Source: Lama glama (lineage: Eukaryota). Taken from it: DNA of 64,000 bases. The translations under genes were made by a program, and so were the position numbers. The notes beneath the pieces were generated by a model, which ran no database searches, was not told the origin of the DNA, and saw nothing but the letters and a program-made list of their open reading frames with translations. The stretch is from assembly GCA_028534125.1 (NCBI GenBank), contig CM052832.1, forward strand, positions 9,364,001 to 9,428,000, in the 5' to 3' direction. Below, in pieces: positions 36,970-49,420 of this stretch (positions are counted from its first letter, which is position 1; each line of letters opens with the position of its first letter).

Positions 36970-37350
36970 GGGACAACACTCCAACTTTAAACCAAGTCAT
37001 ATGAGTAAAAATTCTTCTTCTTCTACATATGAAGAAATCAGGCCTGGAAAAGAGAAGACTTGGGAGGAAATGAATAACTGTGTTTCATTATTTGAAGCAC
37101 CATCATGTGGTCCCCAAAAGGAGACTGATAAGAGAGACATTTTAGAAATTTAAGGAAGGAGTTTAACAGCCAAAACTATTGAAGACAGGAAGAGTTGCTT
37201 TAAGAGATAATGAGTTCCCCATCATTAGAGATATGTCAGGAGAGGCTGACTGGTCACTTGTGGAGGATACTATGGAGGAGATGTAAGCTCTGGATGAGTG
37301 ATTAGACTAGGCTCTGAAGGCCTTTGCTAGCCTAGAGCTTCTGTGATGCT
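36970..37350 (+). mobile_element. L3/CR1 LINE 3' end
   Basis: 'gcctggaaaagagaagactt...tgagttccccatcattagag...agaggctgactggtcacttg...ctgtgatgct'. Confidence 0.75.
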
Positions 37351-37592
37351 AGGACATAGATGGAAAATTAACTTTCTGAGCTTCCTATTTAGAGTGATTA
37401 GTAGTGGCTGCCTGGAGCAAAGCTGAGAAGGATTTGGAGCCAGCTCAGTCTGGGCTAAGCAAGTAGGAGCTCCTTGATCGATTAGCAGTGTCTGCCGTGG
37501 CAGGGGCCCATGTTGCAGGGTGCCCAGCATTAGCCATCTCCTTTCCAGTGGTGAGTGTTTAGTGGTGAGCTTGGACTCAGGTCAAGCAGAAG

Positions 37593-37697
37593 CAGGATTA
37601 CCAACCATCCTGGTTTGCTCAGGATCAGGGGGATTCTCCAGACCTGGACTTTACACCAAGACAATCCCAGGAAACCCAGGATGAATGGGCCACCCTA
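37593..37697. mobile_element. hAT-Blackjack MITE (MER81-like)
   Basis: termini caggattacc...ggccacccta; perfect 8-bp TSD agcagaag at 37585-37592 and 37698-37705. Confidence 0.85.
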
Positions 37698-38539
37698 AGC
37701 AGAAGGGATGATCTTCAGTGACCATGCGTCCTGGGTTCCATTTCTTCTCTTGATGTGCCAGGAACAACTTCATCTACTCAGAGCATGAGTGTGGTGCTCT
37801 GCCCTCAGTAGGAGTCCAGTAAACACATGCAGAATAAATAAGTTGGATGCAGTTCCTGGGAAATGGTTGTAATATCCTTGCAATTAATTAATTTGTTTAA
37901 TTAATTAAAATGACTTCACTAATTATATATACAGGAAATTGCACATTTCATTAGGCTGAGCAGATGGCTCCACTAATAATTACCAAAGCCTGAGGTTGTA
38001 GGAAGGCAGGGGCGGGGGGTGTTGGCATATGAATTGATATTGAGCATTTAAATGCTGTTCTTCCTACAAGTAAAGTTGCAGCTCCTATCCCCGTTACGTC
38101 CAAGATGGATTGAGGAACAGGTTTTTAGTTTTCTTCTGGTAGGGCCACTGGTTGTGGTAACTTGCTCTCTGTGACTGGTGATCATTTTCTTTATGGAACA
38201 ACTGGTGGTGGAAGGAGTGTGGGCTCTGTGACTTTGGAAGAGGGAGCCCCATCAGGGTCAGACCCGGGGCCTCTGCATCGTTCAGACAGCTAACTGACCC
38301 CAGTGACTTGTGATAGCAAGCTGGATCTCCCAGAAGGATTGCAGGCACCTCATCTCCAAAGGGAACGTGCCTTCTTCCGCTGCGTTGTCCAAACTTTGAC
38401 CTACCCGTGCCCCTTCCCATCCCCGGGCCACAGAATGAAAACCCTGGCTAGGCAAACAGACGTAGCAGTACTATACTCCAGTGATTCTGCATCACAGAAG
38501 TGAGTAAGTGTTCTTACTGTGGTGATAAGGATGACGATT

Positions 38540-38730
38540 ATTGGTGATTGACGAGTATTGAGTATCCCCTCTGGCCAAAAACTTCCCACATTGTTTGTAA
38601 TCCTTGAAACAACCCTGCAGGGCAGGTGTTAACTGACAGATGAGAAAATGAGGCTTGGAGAAGTTAGAGAAGATGCCTGGTTTCATACAAAGCTGGATTC
38701 ATACCCAGAGCTTTCTGTCTATAAAACCTG
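38540..38730 (-). mobile_element. MIR SINE
   Basis: 'acaaccctgcagggcagg...acagatgagaaaatgaggcttggagaagtta'. Confidence 0.85.
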
Positions 38731-40417
38731 TTGTTCTTTCCACCCCGTGCTCTGCTGGTAAATGATTTGGGGTCATGAAAGTCCCATACCCAAATCTGGA
38801 AGGATGTGAGGGGAAGCCACCAGACTGGGCTCGTCACTGCACATGGGGTTGGGGGGACCGCTTGGGAGCCAGTCACCACTGATGGGCCTCGGCACCTTAG
38901 AACCAGCAGGGGCCTTGGAGTAACCAGTTCTAAACAGTTTCCAGCAGCATAGCCAAGTGCTCGGTGTGTAAAGATTACCCTTTAAAAGCCAGTCAGCTGG
39001 CTGTGTTATGGAGGAGTGAGATACCGGTCAGAGAAAGTTCCAGAGAGAAATCGGTCATTTAAGGAGATTCTTGAGAATGTTAATTTAATGTGATCTGATA
39101 AGAGAGTTTTCTTTTTTGCTCATATTCCTGGCTGGGGGAAGGTGACCCTTCTGAAGCTTCGTTGTGATGTGTGAAGAAGAAATAAAGCTAAGAAATGGAG
39201 GGGAAATACCACTTGTAAAAGAATAAATAGATCAGTCCAGGTGCTGATGAAGAGATGTTGCATGGCAGCAAGATTCCTGTTTGGGCAAATTGAACGTTGC
39301 AATTGGAAAACCTGTTCGACTTTCTGTGATGGTCCTGGTGAACCCCCATCCCTCTCTGGTCTGCCTGCCTGCCCCCCCCCAGGGTACTCTTGGGGTCCTT
39401 GTCCATCCCTTAAAGCTTTCACTCCACACTCCTTATGAGCTAGAGCAGGAATGGGGTGGTGTGTCTGAGTCACAAAAAACTGTGAGTCATTCTTGAAATG
39501 AGGGAGCCCTGAAAATGTGACTAATTTCTGTAGCACGTACAGGTAAGAAATGGCTGTTTGGTTGTGACTGGCAACTGCCATGTAGTTTCTAATTTTGACT
39601 TGATTGCTGTTGTTTTTGGGGATGGGATCAGACCTGGCCCCAGGGTGGGTGCAATGTGGAAGGACACAGTGCCATTTGGTCCCAGTTCCTGCCTTTCAGC
39701 ACTTTGCAACCTGAAGGAGGCTGAGACATGTCCCTGGTTGCAGAAAACATGTCAGTTTGAACATATGTTTAGTGGTAAACCAAAAGATGGAAATCTTAAG
39801 CTTAATCAAGATTAAAATATATTTTTCCTAATCACATATCCAATTAAGTGCTGGAGGGAGTCTCCAGGGCCCAGCCAGGTAGCGTCCAGATTACATCAAT
39901 CTAGTTTAGAAAGAGTTCTGGGCTAATTCATAAACTGTGCTTCTGTTTACACATCTGTTTTCAAGGAGCAGTTCCTTACTCAAGGCCTTCTGTCTTGATT
40001 GGTATGTCAGCGTGGCTGAGCTGGCTGAGTCTGGATACCTGCTATGAAGTTCAAGATTGGTTCAATATAAATGCACTTGAGAAATAACTGTATGTGCTTT
40101 ATTTAGCTCATAACCATAATGCAAGAAGTAAGAAAACAGTCATGGAATTTGCTCATTGTTCTTACAGCTTTGGGTAAAATTTGTAGCTAGGCTCAAGTTT
40201 CCAGAGACTGAAAGAAGTTGCTGCATGAGGACCAACGATTGGATATTCAGACTTACCTTGCAAAAAATGCTGTATTATAGGCTGGAAGTGGAGGATGTGA
40301 ATAGGAAAAGAATAAGGGGGAATGGGGCAGCCTGGAGGCTGGTGCAGAAGCTAGATGGAAATAGGTGGGCAAAGAGATAAAGTGAATAGAGGGAGAGGAG
40401 TTGAGGATAGAGAAAGA

Positions 40418-40755
40418 CCCCAGGCATGCTTTTGGTTGTAAGTAACAGAAAAACAAAGAGTAGCCTGAGTAATATATCCTCTCATAAAACAAGAAGTCGG
40501 GGTGGACATAGTGGTTGTCTGGTGTTGACCTGGCAGTTCAATGATAAAGTCAAGGACTGGAGTTTTTTCAGTCTCTTTACTTTGCCCTTCTTAGTGTTTT
40601 GGCTTCTTGTCTCATCAGTTCTGGGAGTACAATGTGGTTGCCCCTAGCTGCAAGGGAGGCTGGTGAGGGTGTTAGTTAGCTTTTCCAGCCTTGGTAGTGG
40701 AAGTGGGCCAGAGGAGTTAGGAATGGCTGGTGGGTTATCCAGCCAACTCTTGGGC
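40418..40755 (-). mobile_element. MaLR solo LTR (MLT1J-like)
   Basis: 'ttttggttgtaagtaacagaaaa...cccctagctgcaagggaggctgg'. Confidence 0.75.
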
Positions 40756-41231
40756 ATAGACTAGTTGTGGAAAAAAAATAAAAACAAATATATGTTGAAT
40801 CATCACCACAAAAGAAACCAGATGGTCCTGAGAGTTTCCTGTGTGTGTGCTGTGAATAGAGTTTTGCATGCAAGCGTGATACGGTGTGGAAGGGCATTTT
40901 TTAGGTACCATTCCAGCAACGGGGCTGATCACTACCAAAGTCTGCGTGTGACATTGAAGACTGGATTCAGGGAAAGCCGCTTTAAATCCTGCTTGGTGGG
41001 AATGGTGTGTAGAAAGGGAGGAGGCAAAGTAGCTAGCACCTTTGCTCCAGTTCCCAGCCCATGATTCTCAGAAGTAAGACAGCGACTTTTCAGAAGTTAA
41101 TGCTAGAGTGCTTGTTAATTTCTTTGTAAATTCCATTTTAATGAGCAGATGCATTTAATTTAGGACCCTGGGCTTCTGGTAGTAGCTGAAAGTCTGATAT
41201 GCCTTTAACGCCACTTTGAATTTCACTCCTC

Positions 41232-41274
41232 TGTGTGTGTGTGTGTGTGTGCACACGTGTGTGCATGCATGCAC
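41232..41274. repeat. (TG)n extended into a 43-bp purine/pyrimidine alternation
   Basis: direct reading. Confidence 0.9.
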
Positions 41275-41593
41275 CCTCTGTTCACATCCCTGTGGCTCAG
41301 ATCAGTTTTTTCTCTCATTGCCTCACAGAATCCCAGTCTTGTCAGAACGCTGGTTCTCCTGCCCGCCAGTTTCTTCCCTCTTTCTTGTATCTGTATAGTA
41401 TGCTGACCCTCCTTTCCCCACAGTGCTCAGTAGAGGCCAGCTCCCTGATACATGGCTCTTGCTGCTTTGGTCTTTTGGTTATCATTTTGGATCCAGCCAC
41501 TCATGCATGGCAGTGAGCCAGATGCCTTTGATCAAAAAAATGGAAGCTGGCTGGTTTAAATGCAACTCCTTGCTCTCCCTCTAATGCTGAGAG

Positions 41594-41907
41594 CAGGGCC
41601 TCTCAAACTTTCATGTGCACACGAATCAGCTGGGGAACTTGTTAAAATGCAGGCTCTTATTCCGGAGGTCTGGGGTGGGGCCTGAGACTCTGTACTTTTT
41701 TTTTAAACTCCCAGATAACACTTTTGCTGCTGGTACAGGTAGCAGGTATCTCAACCCTCAACCGTGGGGAACTTTTAATAAATACCGATGTTGGGACCCC
41801 CACCCCAGATCAGTTACGTCAGAATCTCCAGTTGGCGGGGTCTGGGCATCAGTCTGTTCTAACAGTTCCTGGTGTGATTTGAATATGCAGCTGGGTTGAG
41901 AACCACC
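41594..41907. mobile_element. Two adjacent MER5A/MER5A1-like hAT MITEs
   Basis: 'cttgttaaaatgcag...ggtctggggtggggcctgaga' and 'cccaccccaga...tcagaatctc...gggttgagaaccac'. Confidence 0.8.
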
Positions 41908-43566
41908 CATCTGGGACTTTCCCACCTTCCTGGCTTTGCTCATGTGGTCCCTCCTGCGTACACCTTTCCTGTTTCTACCTGGGAGAGTTCTGTAATTCCC
42001 TCAAGGTTCAGCTCAGAGACCACGCCTCCTTGAGGCCATCCTCAGTCCCCACCCTGACGTCCCTCTCTCTTTCCCCTGCACTCTCACTCCCTGTGTGCCT
42101 GTCTTTACACGTTCGGCTGCCTCTCCCAGTAGACTAGGCTGGCCTTGAGGATGGGAACCACACCTATTCATCTACATGTGGGGACTCAGTGAATAAACCA
42201 GTTTGTTCCTGGGCCCAGAGACAATGCACAGGGGCCTCAGACCTGGGCTAATTGATCCTGAGTCTCTTGGAGAAGCAGGAGTAGAAATAGAACTTGAACC
42301 CAGCTTCTCCACGAGGAAAAGGCCACGTGGAAAGAGGTGCTTTGAATGTTGTATTGGAGAACGTCAAAGACATTATATTTCTTGTTCTACTGCCCTTGAC
42401 TCTTGGCCATCTGCCCATTGCCCTTCTCTGATCAGCTGCCTCCCCACTGGGGCTCGGGCAGCACCTCTGGAGAGCAGAGAGGGCAGCGCTCGTCCCAGGT
42501 CCCCAGTGCTCACACTCCCTGACCTGTTCAAGATGCCCAGCCGTACAGCAGTGGCTGGGGTTTCTCTGTCATCCTCCTGCTTCCACTGCTTCTCTCCTCT
42601 TTCCAGGTGCCCACTTCCCCGCCCCCCAGCACCCTGCTGCCCCCAGCTGCCCTCCTTAAAGAAAGAAAACTGTCATATATTTTTCTTCTTTTGGCACTTG
42701 CTAAGGCCTGTGCTCCACTGAGTGGGAACCACAACCCTCTAATCTTCCATCACCCCCTGCCCCCAAGTGCCTCCACACAGCCTGGCGGAAATAGGAGCTT
42801 AATAAATATGAGCTGAATCAGCATCAAGCACCAGCTCTGAGACAGGCCTGTGGGGCTTCACCACGCTGTGTGATGTGCGAGTGGCGGGACTGGAGTTTGA
42901 CCTCAGGCTGTGGACCAGCCAGTCTTGGGATGCTGTGAATTTGGCCTGGCCTCCGTGAGCCTCTGTTTCCTCAGGTCACACTTCTCAGCCAGGTGTTGGG
43001 GGCGAGTCTGACAGAGTGATCTTCATTTGCCCCACTTTGTTCTGTGCAGGTGCAGTGGGGACCCCAAAGAGGCACAGGAGGTGCGAAGCTTAGAGTGGGG
43101 AGGGAGGGGTGATGATCCCTCCTTCGGGACAGTCTTTCTTGCAGATGATGCTTTGTTGACCCAGTGCATCTCTGGTGGGTGGAATAAGGCAGCCTGCAGG
43201 AGACATAGTTCCTGGCAAAGGTGGGGAGGGGTGGCACTTACGGCTCTGGACTCTGTTGGACTCAACTGGACTCAGAGGCTGTGGAAGGAGGAGCAGGAGC
43301 TGCTCTGAGGAGCCTGTCAAGACCCGGGATGGGACAGGATGGTCAGGGATGGTGGCAGGTTAGCAGGACATCACAGAGAGAATGGGAAAGAAGGATGTGG
43401 GGCCTCCTTGGTCCTGCTCCTTCCTTTCTTATCAGCTTCCCTCTCCTGTGTTTTTGCATTCATTCCTGTGTTCATCTCTCATTCAGTTACTTAAATGTTG
43501 GTTGCATCCTGACTCTTCGTCTCTGGGGATATTGCAGCGCAGAACAGGCCCTCGTGGGGATTTAGA

Positions 43567-43872
43567 CCTGTACCTTCCAATATAGTAGCAATTAGTAAAG
43601 TGGCTGTTTAAATTTTTAATTATTATTGTTTTCATTGAAGTATTTATAATTTATAATATTCTGTTACTTTCAGGTGTACAGCAAAGTGATTCTATATATA
43701 TAGTGGCTATTTTAAGTTTAAATTAATTAAATGAAAATCTAGAATTTAGTCCCCTAGGCACACTAGTCAGATTTCAAGTGCTCAACAGTCATGTGTGGCT
43801 ATGGCTACCATACTGGACAGCAGAACTCTGAAATATTTCCACTACAGCAGAAAGTTCTAATGGACGGCACTG
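43567..43872. mobile_element. MER3-like hAT-Charlie element, split by a short minus-strand L1 tail (about 43615-43700)
   Basis: 'tttcaagtgctcaacagtcatgtgtggctatggctaccatactggacagc...gaaagttctaatggacggcactg'; duplicated agtggct(g/a)ttt around the insert. Confidence 0.8.
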
Positions 43873-44382
43873 GCTTAGAGTCTAGCCAGGAAGAGAAGCC
43901 TTTGTTGAGTAGACAGACAACCTTAAATAATGTGGAGCCATGGAAAGTAATAGAAGGCCAAGTAGCGGGAGACTTGTCAGTGAACAAACTAGTGGAGAGG
44001 GAGCCAGAGTTTCTGAAGATGTGATGGCTGAGTTGGAGTTGGACCAGGTGGTAACCAGGCTGGCAGGGACTTTGGGGAGGAGAGTGCAGGAGAGAGAATC
44101 CCAGAGTTTCCAGCACATGAAAGTGCCTCGAGATCACGCTCACTGGCATCTGATAAATAGCATCCCCTCTGGTTCCTCACATTGACTGTTTCATCCAGAC
44201 CTGTGTGAAGGCACAGGCCCTGGCTATCCCTGGTGGGCACAGACTCTGGATACCCATTCCCTGGCTTCAAGTCTGCTTGCTTAAACTCTTAGTGTCGTGG
44301 TCTCCTCATCTGTAAAATGGGCAGAATAATATGTACCCAGTAGAGTTGTGGTGAGAATTCAGTGCATTAAAAGTGCCTGGTT

Positions 44383-44546
44383 GGGGGCAGGATATAGCTT
44401 CAGTGGTAGAGTACTTGCTTAGCATGCAGGAGGTCCTAGGTTCAATCCCCAGTACCTCCTCTAAAAATAGGTGAACCTAGTTACCTCCCCCCACCAAAAT
44501 AAAATAATTAAATAATACAACAATACATTTTCAAAAAACATAAAAA
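44383..44546 (+). mobile_element. Camelid tRNA-derived SINE (vic-1 type), inserted in a MIR (about 44270-44600)
   Basis: 'tatagcttcagtggtagag...ggttcaatccccagtacctcc', A-rich tail, degenerate TSD ending cctgg. Confidence 0.92.
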
Positions 44547-45832
44547 AAGAATACCTGGCACACTGTAATAACTGTTTAAGTGTTGGCTGTTATTATTGTT
44601 GTTCCCAGAGCCCCTGACTTGTCAGCAGGGGGCTGCCCTACCTCGAGCTCCTTATAGAATCAAGGAGTCCATACCTGGTGCCAGCCCCCAGCCCTCAGGA
44701 GCAGGGCTTCTGGGTTCTGGGCTCTCACTGCCAGGTGAGCAGAATTCTGGATCCTGGTGCACCCCCCACCTCCACCCAATCCTGTTCTCTCTGCTTTTAA
44801 TCCTCCCAGCAGACCCCAGAAATGCTTGGTTTGGCTGTGTGGAAGTCATAGCAGTCATAGTCATCTCTGTGGCCCGTGTGCCCTGTAGCCTAATGACACT
44901 TCAGCAAGGTTAGCCCTGACACAAACATGTCAGAGTCACATTGTTACAAATGTTAGGACTTCAGAGGTGGAAGCATCTTGCCAGTAACAAAGCTGAGCGC
45001 ACCAAGATCTTCCATCAGACTGGAAACCCGGTGCCCATTCCTGTCCCAAACAATGCATCACTTGGGTAGGTACATGTGGGGCATCCTGATGCTCTGCTGC
45101 TACCAGGGCCAGGTCCATTCCCTCACAGATTTGAAATATGCACATTTGAAATGTGCGCACCCCCTCCCCTCCATTTCATGTTTTTGGTTCCGGTGCCGTT
45201 GGGCCCGGGGTGTGTGACCGCCCTTGCCTGGGTGGGGTCTTGGCGTTTAATCCCTTTTCCCATTAGGGAGTCATAAGCAGAGGCTTGACTCCTCCGCTGG
45301 CCTTTCCCTCAGAACTATGCCGCCGCTAGCACAGAACCAGCGATTTTCTGCACAGATACCAACATCTCTGAACGGTCAGGCCTTGAGAGAGGATTTGTCC
45401 CCAGAGAGATCTTTTCTTCTCACCAAATCAAGACATCACTGTGACTTGCAGTTCTTGTAATTAGATTTGATGCATGAGACTGGCCTGTATAATATCATTA
45501 GGTCAAACAGTTAATCGTTGAGAATATTAAAGTTGGCACTTGAGTTGCTTTAAAATTTGACAGAGGAAGTCGTGGTGGAAGTTTCTGAGGAGCCTGAGAT
45601 CATTGTCCTGGAAGGAGTGAGTGTGTCAGCGGTAGCTGCAGGCAGACCTCCTGGGCTCAGCCTCAGGCTTGCTAATCCGTCTCAACTCAACTGCCTTCAG
45701 ATCGCTGGGTCCCACTTGCCTTCCTGAAGTTTGCTTTGTTTTAGTTTTAGATTTTTACATGTACGTCTTCAGGGCTTCTTGGCCTGTGTATCTCTCACAC
45801 ACACATCCCTTTGAGCTATGGGTACCTACACA

Positions 45833-45859
45833 GTTAGTTAGTTAGTTAGTTAGTTAGTT
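45833..45859. repeat. (GTTA)6+ tetranucleotide repeat
   Basis: direct reading. Confidence 0.95.
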
Positions 45860-47893
45860 TGGTGGCCCCAGTTGAAAGCCTATCTCGGACTGCCTACCTA
45901 AAAGGAAAAAATATCTTTGCTGTATCCTTGACTTTTTCCATTTCTTTCTGGCCGGGAGGTGTCGGATGTGGCCGTTGGGATTTGTCACTGCCCTGGGCCT
46001 CGGCATCTCTGCGTCTGTTGCTGGGTGTCGGTGGGGCAATTTCCTTTTCACGTTAAGCAAGCACTGGAGGGGCCCTTGTGGCCCTTGGAGGCTCCTATGT
46101 TTTCCTTCCACGGAGGCGGAAGTCAATAGCAGGGCCCCCTTTGGATCTTGTGGTTTTTTTCTGCCCCTTGTGCCAGTTGGAATGCGAGTGTCCTTTTATT
46201 TAACAGGGGTAGGAACTGCATCGTTGCCCGGGGACCCAGGTCCGTCCTCAGGCCAGAAGAACCTCTCCCAGCTCCACAGGGTAGAGGGAGACTGCTGACT
46301 TTGACGAGTGTGGATGCCGCAGGTTTGTGTTAGGCCAGGTGAGCAGCAGCAGGGAAGGAGTCAGGGGCCTGGTAGAACCACATTACCTCCGCAAAACATC
46401 CCCTCAGGCACCCCATTCACTTCCCAAGAGGAGGGTGGTAACTCCTGTCAGTCCTTTACTGTTGACTGCAGTCAAGAGTACCCCAAAACATCTCCTGAAC
46501 CTAGCTCCCCAATTGATGTGGAACCCAGGAAAGATAAAAGAAAGAGGTGAAATAAGCTTGTGAAAATTAAGACACATTTTCCTTTACCAATGATTTAAAT
46601 CAGGACCCATCTGAGTTAACACCAGCAACATAGAATCGGTCACTATTAAGGGAAAGCCCTTAGCGGATGAGTACGTGCTTCTGTGCTGGGCTGCGGGAGG
46701 TCAGGTCATTCTTCTGCACACCTGACTTGTGTACTGACCTCCAACCCCATCTCTTACTAGGATCTCCTTGGGGGCAAAGATTGGTTGGTTCACCTTCCAT
46801 TAGCCCCTGGAGCATCCTGAGTGCTCTCTCTCGCTCCCTCTCTCTACATATTTTTGTTGGAAACATGACAGAGGTCCATAAAAGCAGACCAGTCTCCTGT
46901 CCTTGCTCTCAGCCTGGCACAGGGATGTGGCATTACTGAGCCGGGTGCTCCCTGGAAGACTCTCCTCTTACCCAGCTGGAAACATTTCCCTTTCATGGCC
47001 TGTATCTTTAAAGGCCAGAACACAGCCTTCTGGGATTCTTAGGAATAGTAGACACTATGACAGGAAAATAAATACTTACTGTCTATAAGAAGCCAGTGGA
47101 AGAAGTCTTCCTCAGAGAGACCCCAGTCATTGTGAGAGCCCTTGGAGCACATTTGCAGAGGTCAGGTTCACGGCGATGGGGAGGGAAGCCTAGAGAAGGA
47201 GCAAGAGTTGTCTCCTTGCCTTTAGACAGGACTGTCCCACCCACTGGCGAGTTGAGACTGTCACCTGCTTACAAGGCTGGGGAGAGATGCTCCCCCCTCA
47301 ACTCCTCTCCCCATCAGTATCGCCTGCAGCCCAAGGAGGGAAAGTGGCTCTGCTGTGAGCGTCACCTTGACTGTCCAAGGGGATCCAGTCATGGGTAGTC
47401 TGTTCTCTGAGCCGTTGGTCTTTCTCTGTAGAGATCTGAGGAGAATTTGGAGCAGGCAAAGCTCCCTCAGGCTCAGCCCACACTCTGCACTGCACCCCGT
47501 ACCTCACCAGGCCTCTTCTCTGCAAGGTTGTCACGCCTGGTTTAGACCATCTCTTGACTTTTCAGGAAAAGAATAGCTAGTGACACTAGATTTTACTTCT
47601 TTGGCAACAATTTCTCCATTCCCAAGTCTTTGGCAGAGCTCACGGGATGTGGAAGACTGAGGGCAGAAGGGACTGTCCACATGGCTTGTGTGGGCTAGGG
47701 GCGCATGTGCCTCTGGGGACATTGCCAGCCTGGCTTCACCTGGGACTCAGAGTGGCCTAGAAGGGAGCTCAGACCCTCCCTGGGCCCTGAATCCCTTCCT
47801 CACTCATGTTCAGGGGTCTGCAACACCCAGTGACCCTTCATTCTGCCTTTGACCCCCAACCCCAACTTTAGTGGTCAGCAGCTAGGGAGCTTT

Positions 47894-48103
47894 ATAATTT
47901 TATTTTATTTTATTTTATTTTATTTTATTTTATTTTATTGAAGTATAGTTGGTTTACAATGTCGTGTTAGTTTCTGGTGTACAGCATAGTGATTCAGTTA
48001 TACATATGTATTCCTTTTCCTATTCTTTTTCATTGCAGGCTGTTACAAGATATTGAATATAGTTTCCTGCTCTATACAGTAGGTCCCTTGCTGTTTATCT
48101 GTG
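47894..48103 (-). mobile_element. L1 3' end with (TATTT)n tail
   Basis: 'attgaagtatagttggtttacaatg'; TSD gggagcttt at 47885-47893 and 48104-48112. Confidence 0.9.
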
Positions 48104-48289
48104 GGGAGCTTTTTCAAGTGACCATGGGGAACTGGTCGATAGTTGGGGTGACCCGTTTGTCATTCAGTTAATCCGGAGGAGGACCTTCCAGTCTCCTACC
48201 TACAAGGTGCATGTGGGAGGGAGGGAGGGAATGAGAGCCTGTGTGTATGTGTCAGACTTCTGTTTTCTGACTCCTGGTTAGTTCCCGTT

Positions 48290-49420
48290 TTCAGCCTCAT
48301 CCCCCTCCCCTTGCCTCCCCACTCCCGGTGGTGCCCTTGCTTCTTCCACCCCCTGGAGTTTATGGGGCAGATCACACCCTTCTTGTCCACATCCTTCTCA
48401 GTGAGCATTGCTCTGCTGTCTCAGTTACGCCTCTTGTCCCTGGGCTGTCGTCCTATACTTTGTTGCTAATTGCTTCTTTCCTGTTCTTTTCAATGTTACA
48501 AGTTTATACAATTTAAAAAGTTCCTTTACCGTCATTTTAGTGGAATCTTCGAAGGAAAAGGAGATCAACACATGTTTTCAATCTACCATTTTTTAACCAG
48601 AAAACCTGCGGCATACTTTGGAATCGCTTTCTAGTATTCCACTCCACATCTGTACCTTCTATTACCCGGCCTTAGCATTTTACGCATTTATGTTTTGCTC
48701 CCCTCCATCTGTCCATTAAAAACAACGTATGAACATCTTTGTAGCTAAATCTTTAGGCATATTTATGCTGATCTCCTAAGGGTGAATTTCTGTAAGTAGA
48801 ATTTCTCAGTCAAAGGATAATGCAAAATTTTAAGATGTGTCTGGTACGTAGTGCTAAATTTCTCTTCATAAATTTGGCACTAATCTGCATTCCCATTAGT
48901 AGTATATGAATACGCCTGCTTCTCCACACTCTTGTCAATGCTAGGTATCTTTGAACATGTGTGTTAGGATATATAATGAGAACAATCGGTGGGATAGATT
49001 GCTGGCTCAAAATGCCTGCCCGTCAAAGTTTGATAGATGTTGGTCAACTCACCATCAGTGTATGAGGATGCTTCTTTCCTCCACATTCTTGCCAACACTA
49101 CAGTATGATAGAGAAATCTTTTCCAATTTGGTAGGTCATTTTAATCTGCATTTTATTGATACCTTCTGAGGTTGATAGTTTTTATGTATTTGTGCCATTT
49201 GTATTTCTTCTTTCATGGATTGTCTGTAATCTGGTTTTTTTCTTTGTGTGTTTATCATTTTCTTATTGATTTTTAAACTCTATATATTGAGGATATAAAT
49301 ATGCATATAGCAAATTGTTTTTAAAAATTTTGTTGACATTTCGTTTTGTTTGTTCTTTTGTGTCTGTAAACAGTAACATTGATCAATCTTTTGCCTTTGT
49401 GGTTGCGCTTCTAGGGTGTC
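48290..49420 (-). mobile_element. Ancient L1 fragments
   Basis: 'tatgaacatctttgtagctaaatct', 'cagtgtatgaggatg...ccacattcttgccaacact'. Confidence 0.7.

Noticed and set aside
37880..37912. TTAA/TAAT palindromic runs (also 62755-62800)
   Set aside because: Low-complexity AT sequence; no independent evidence of function
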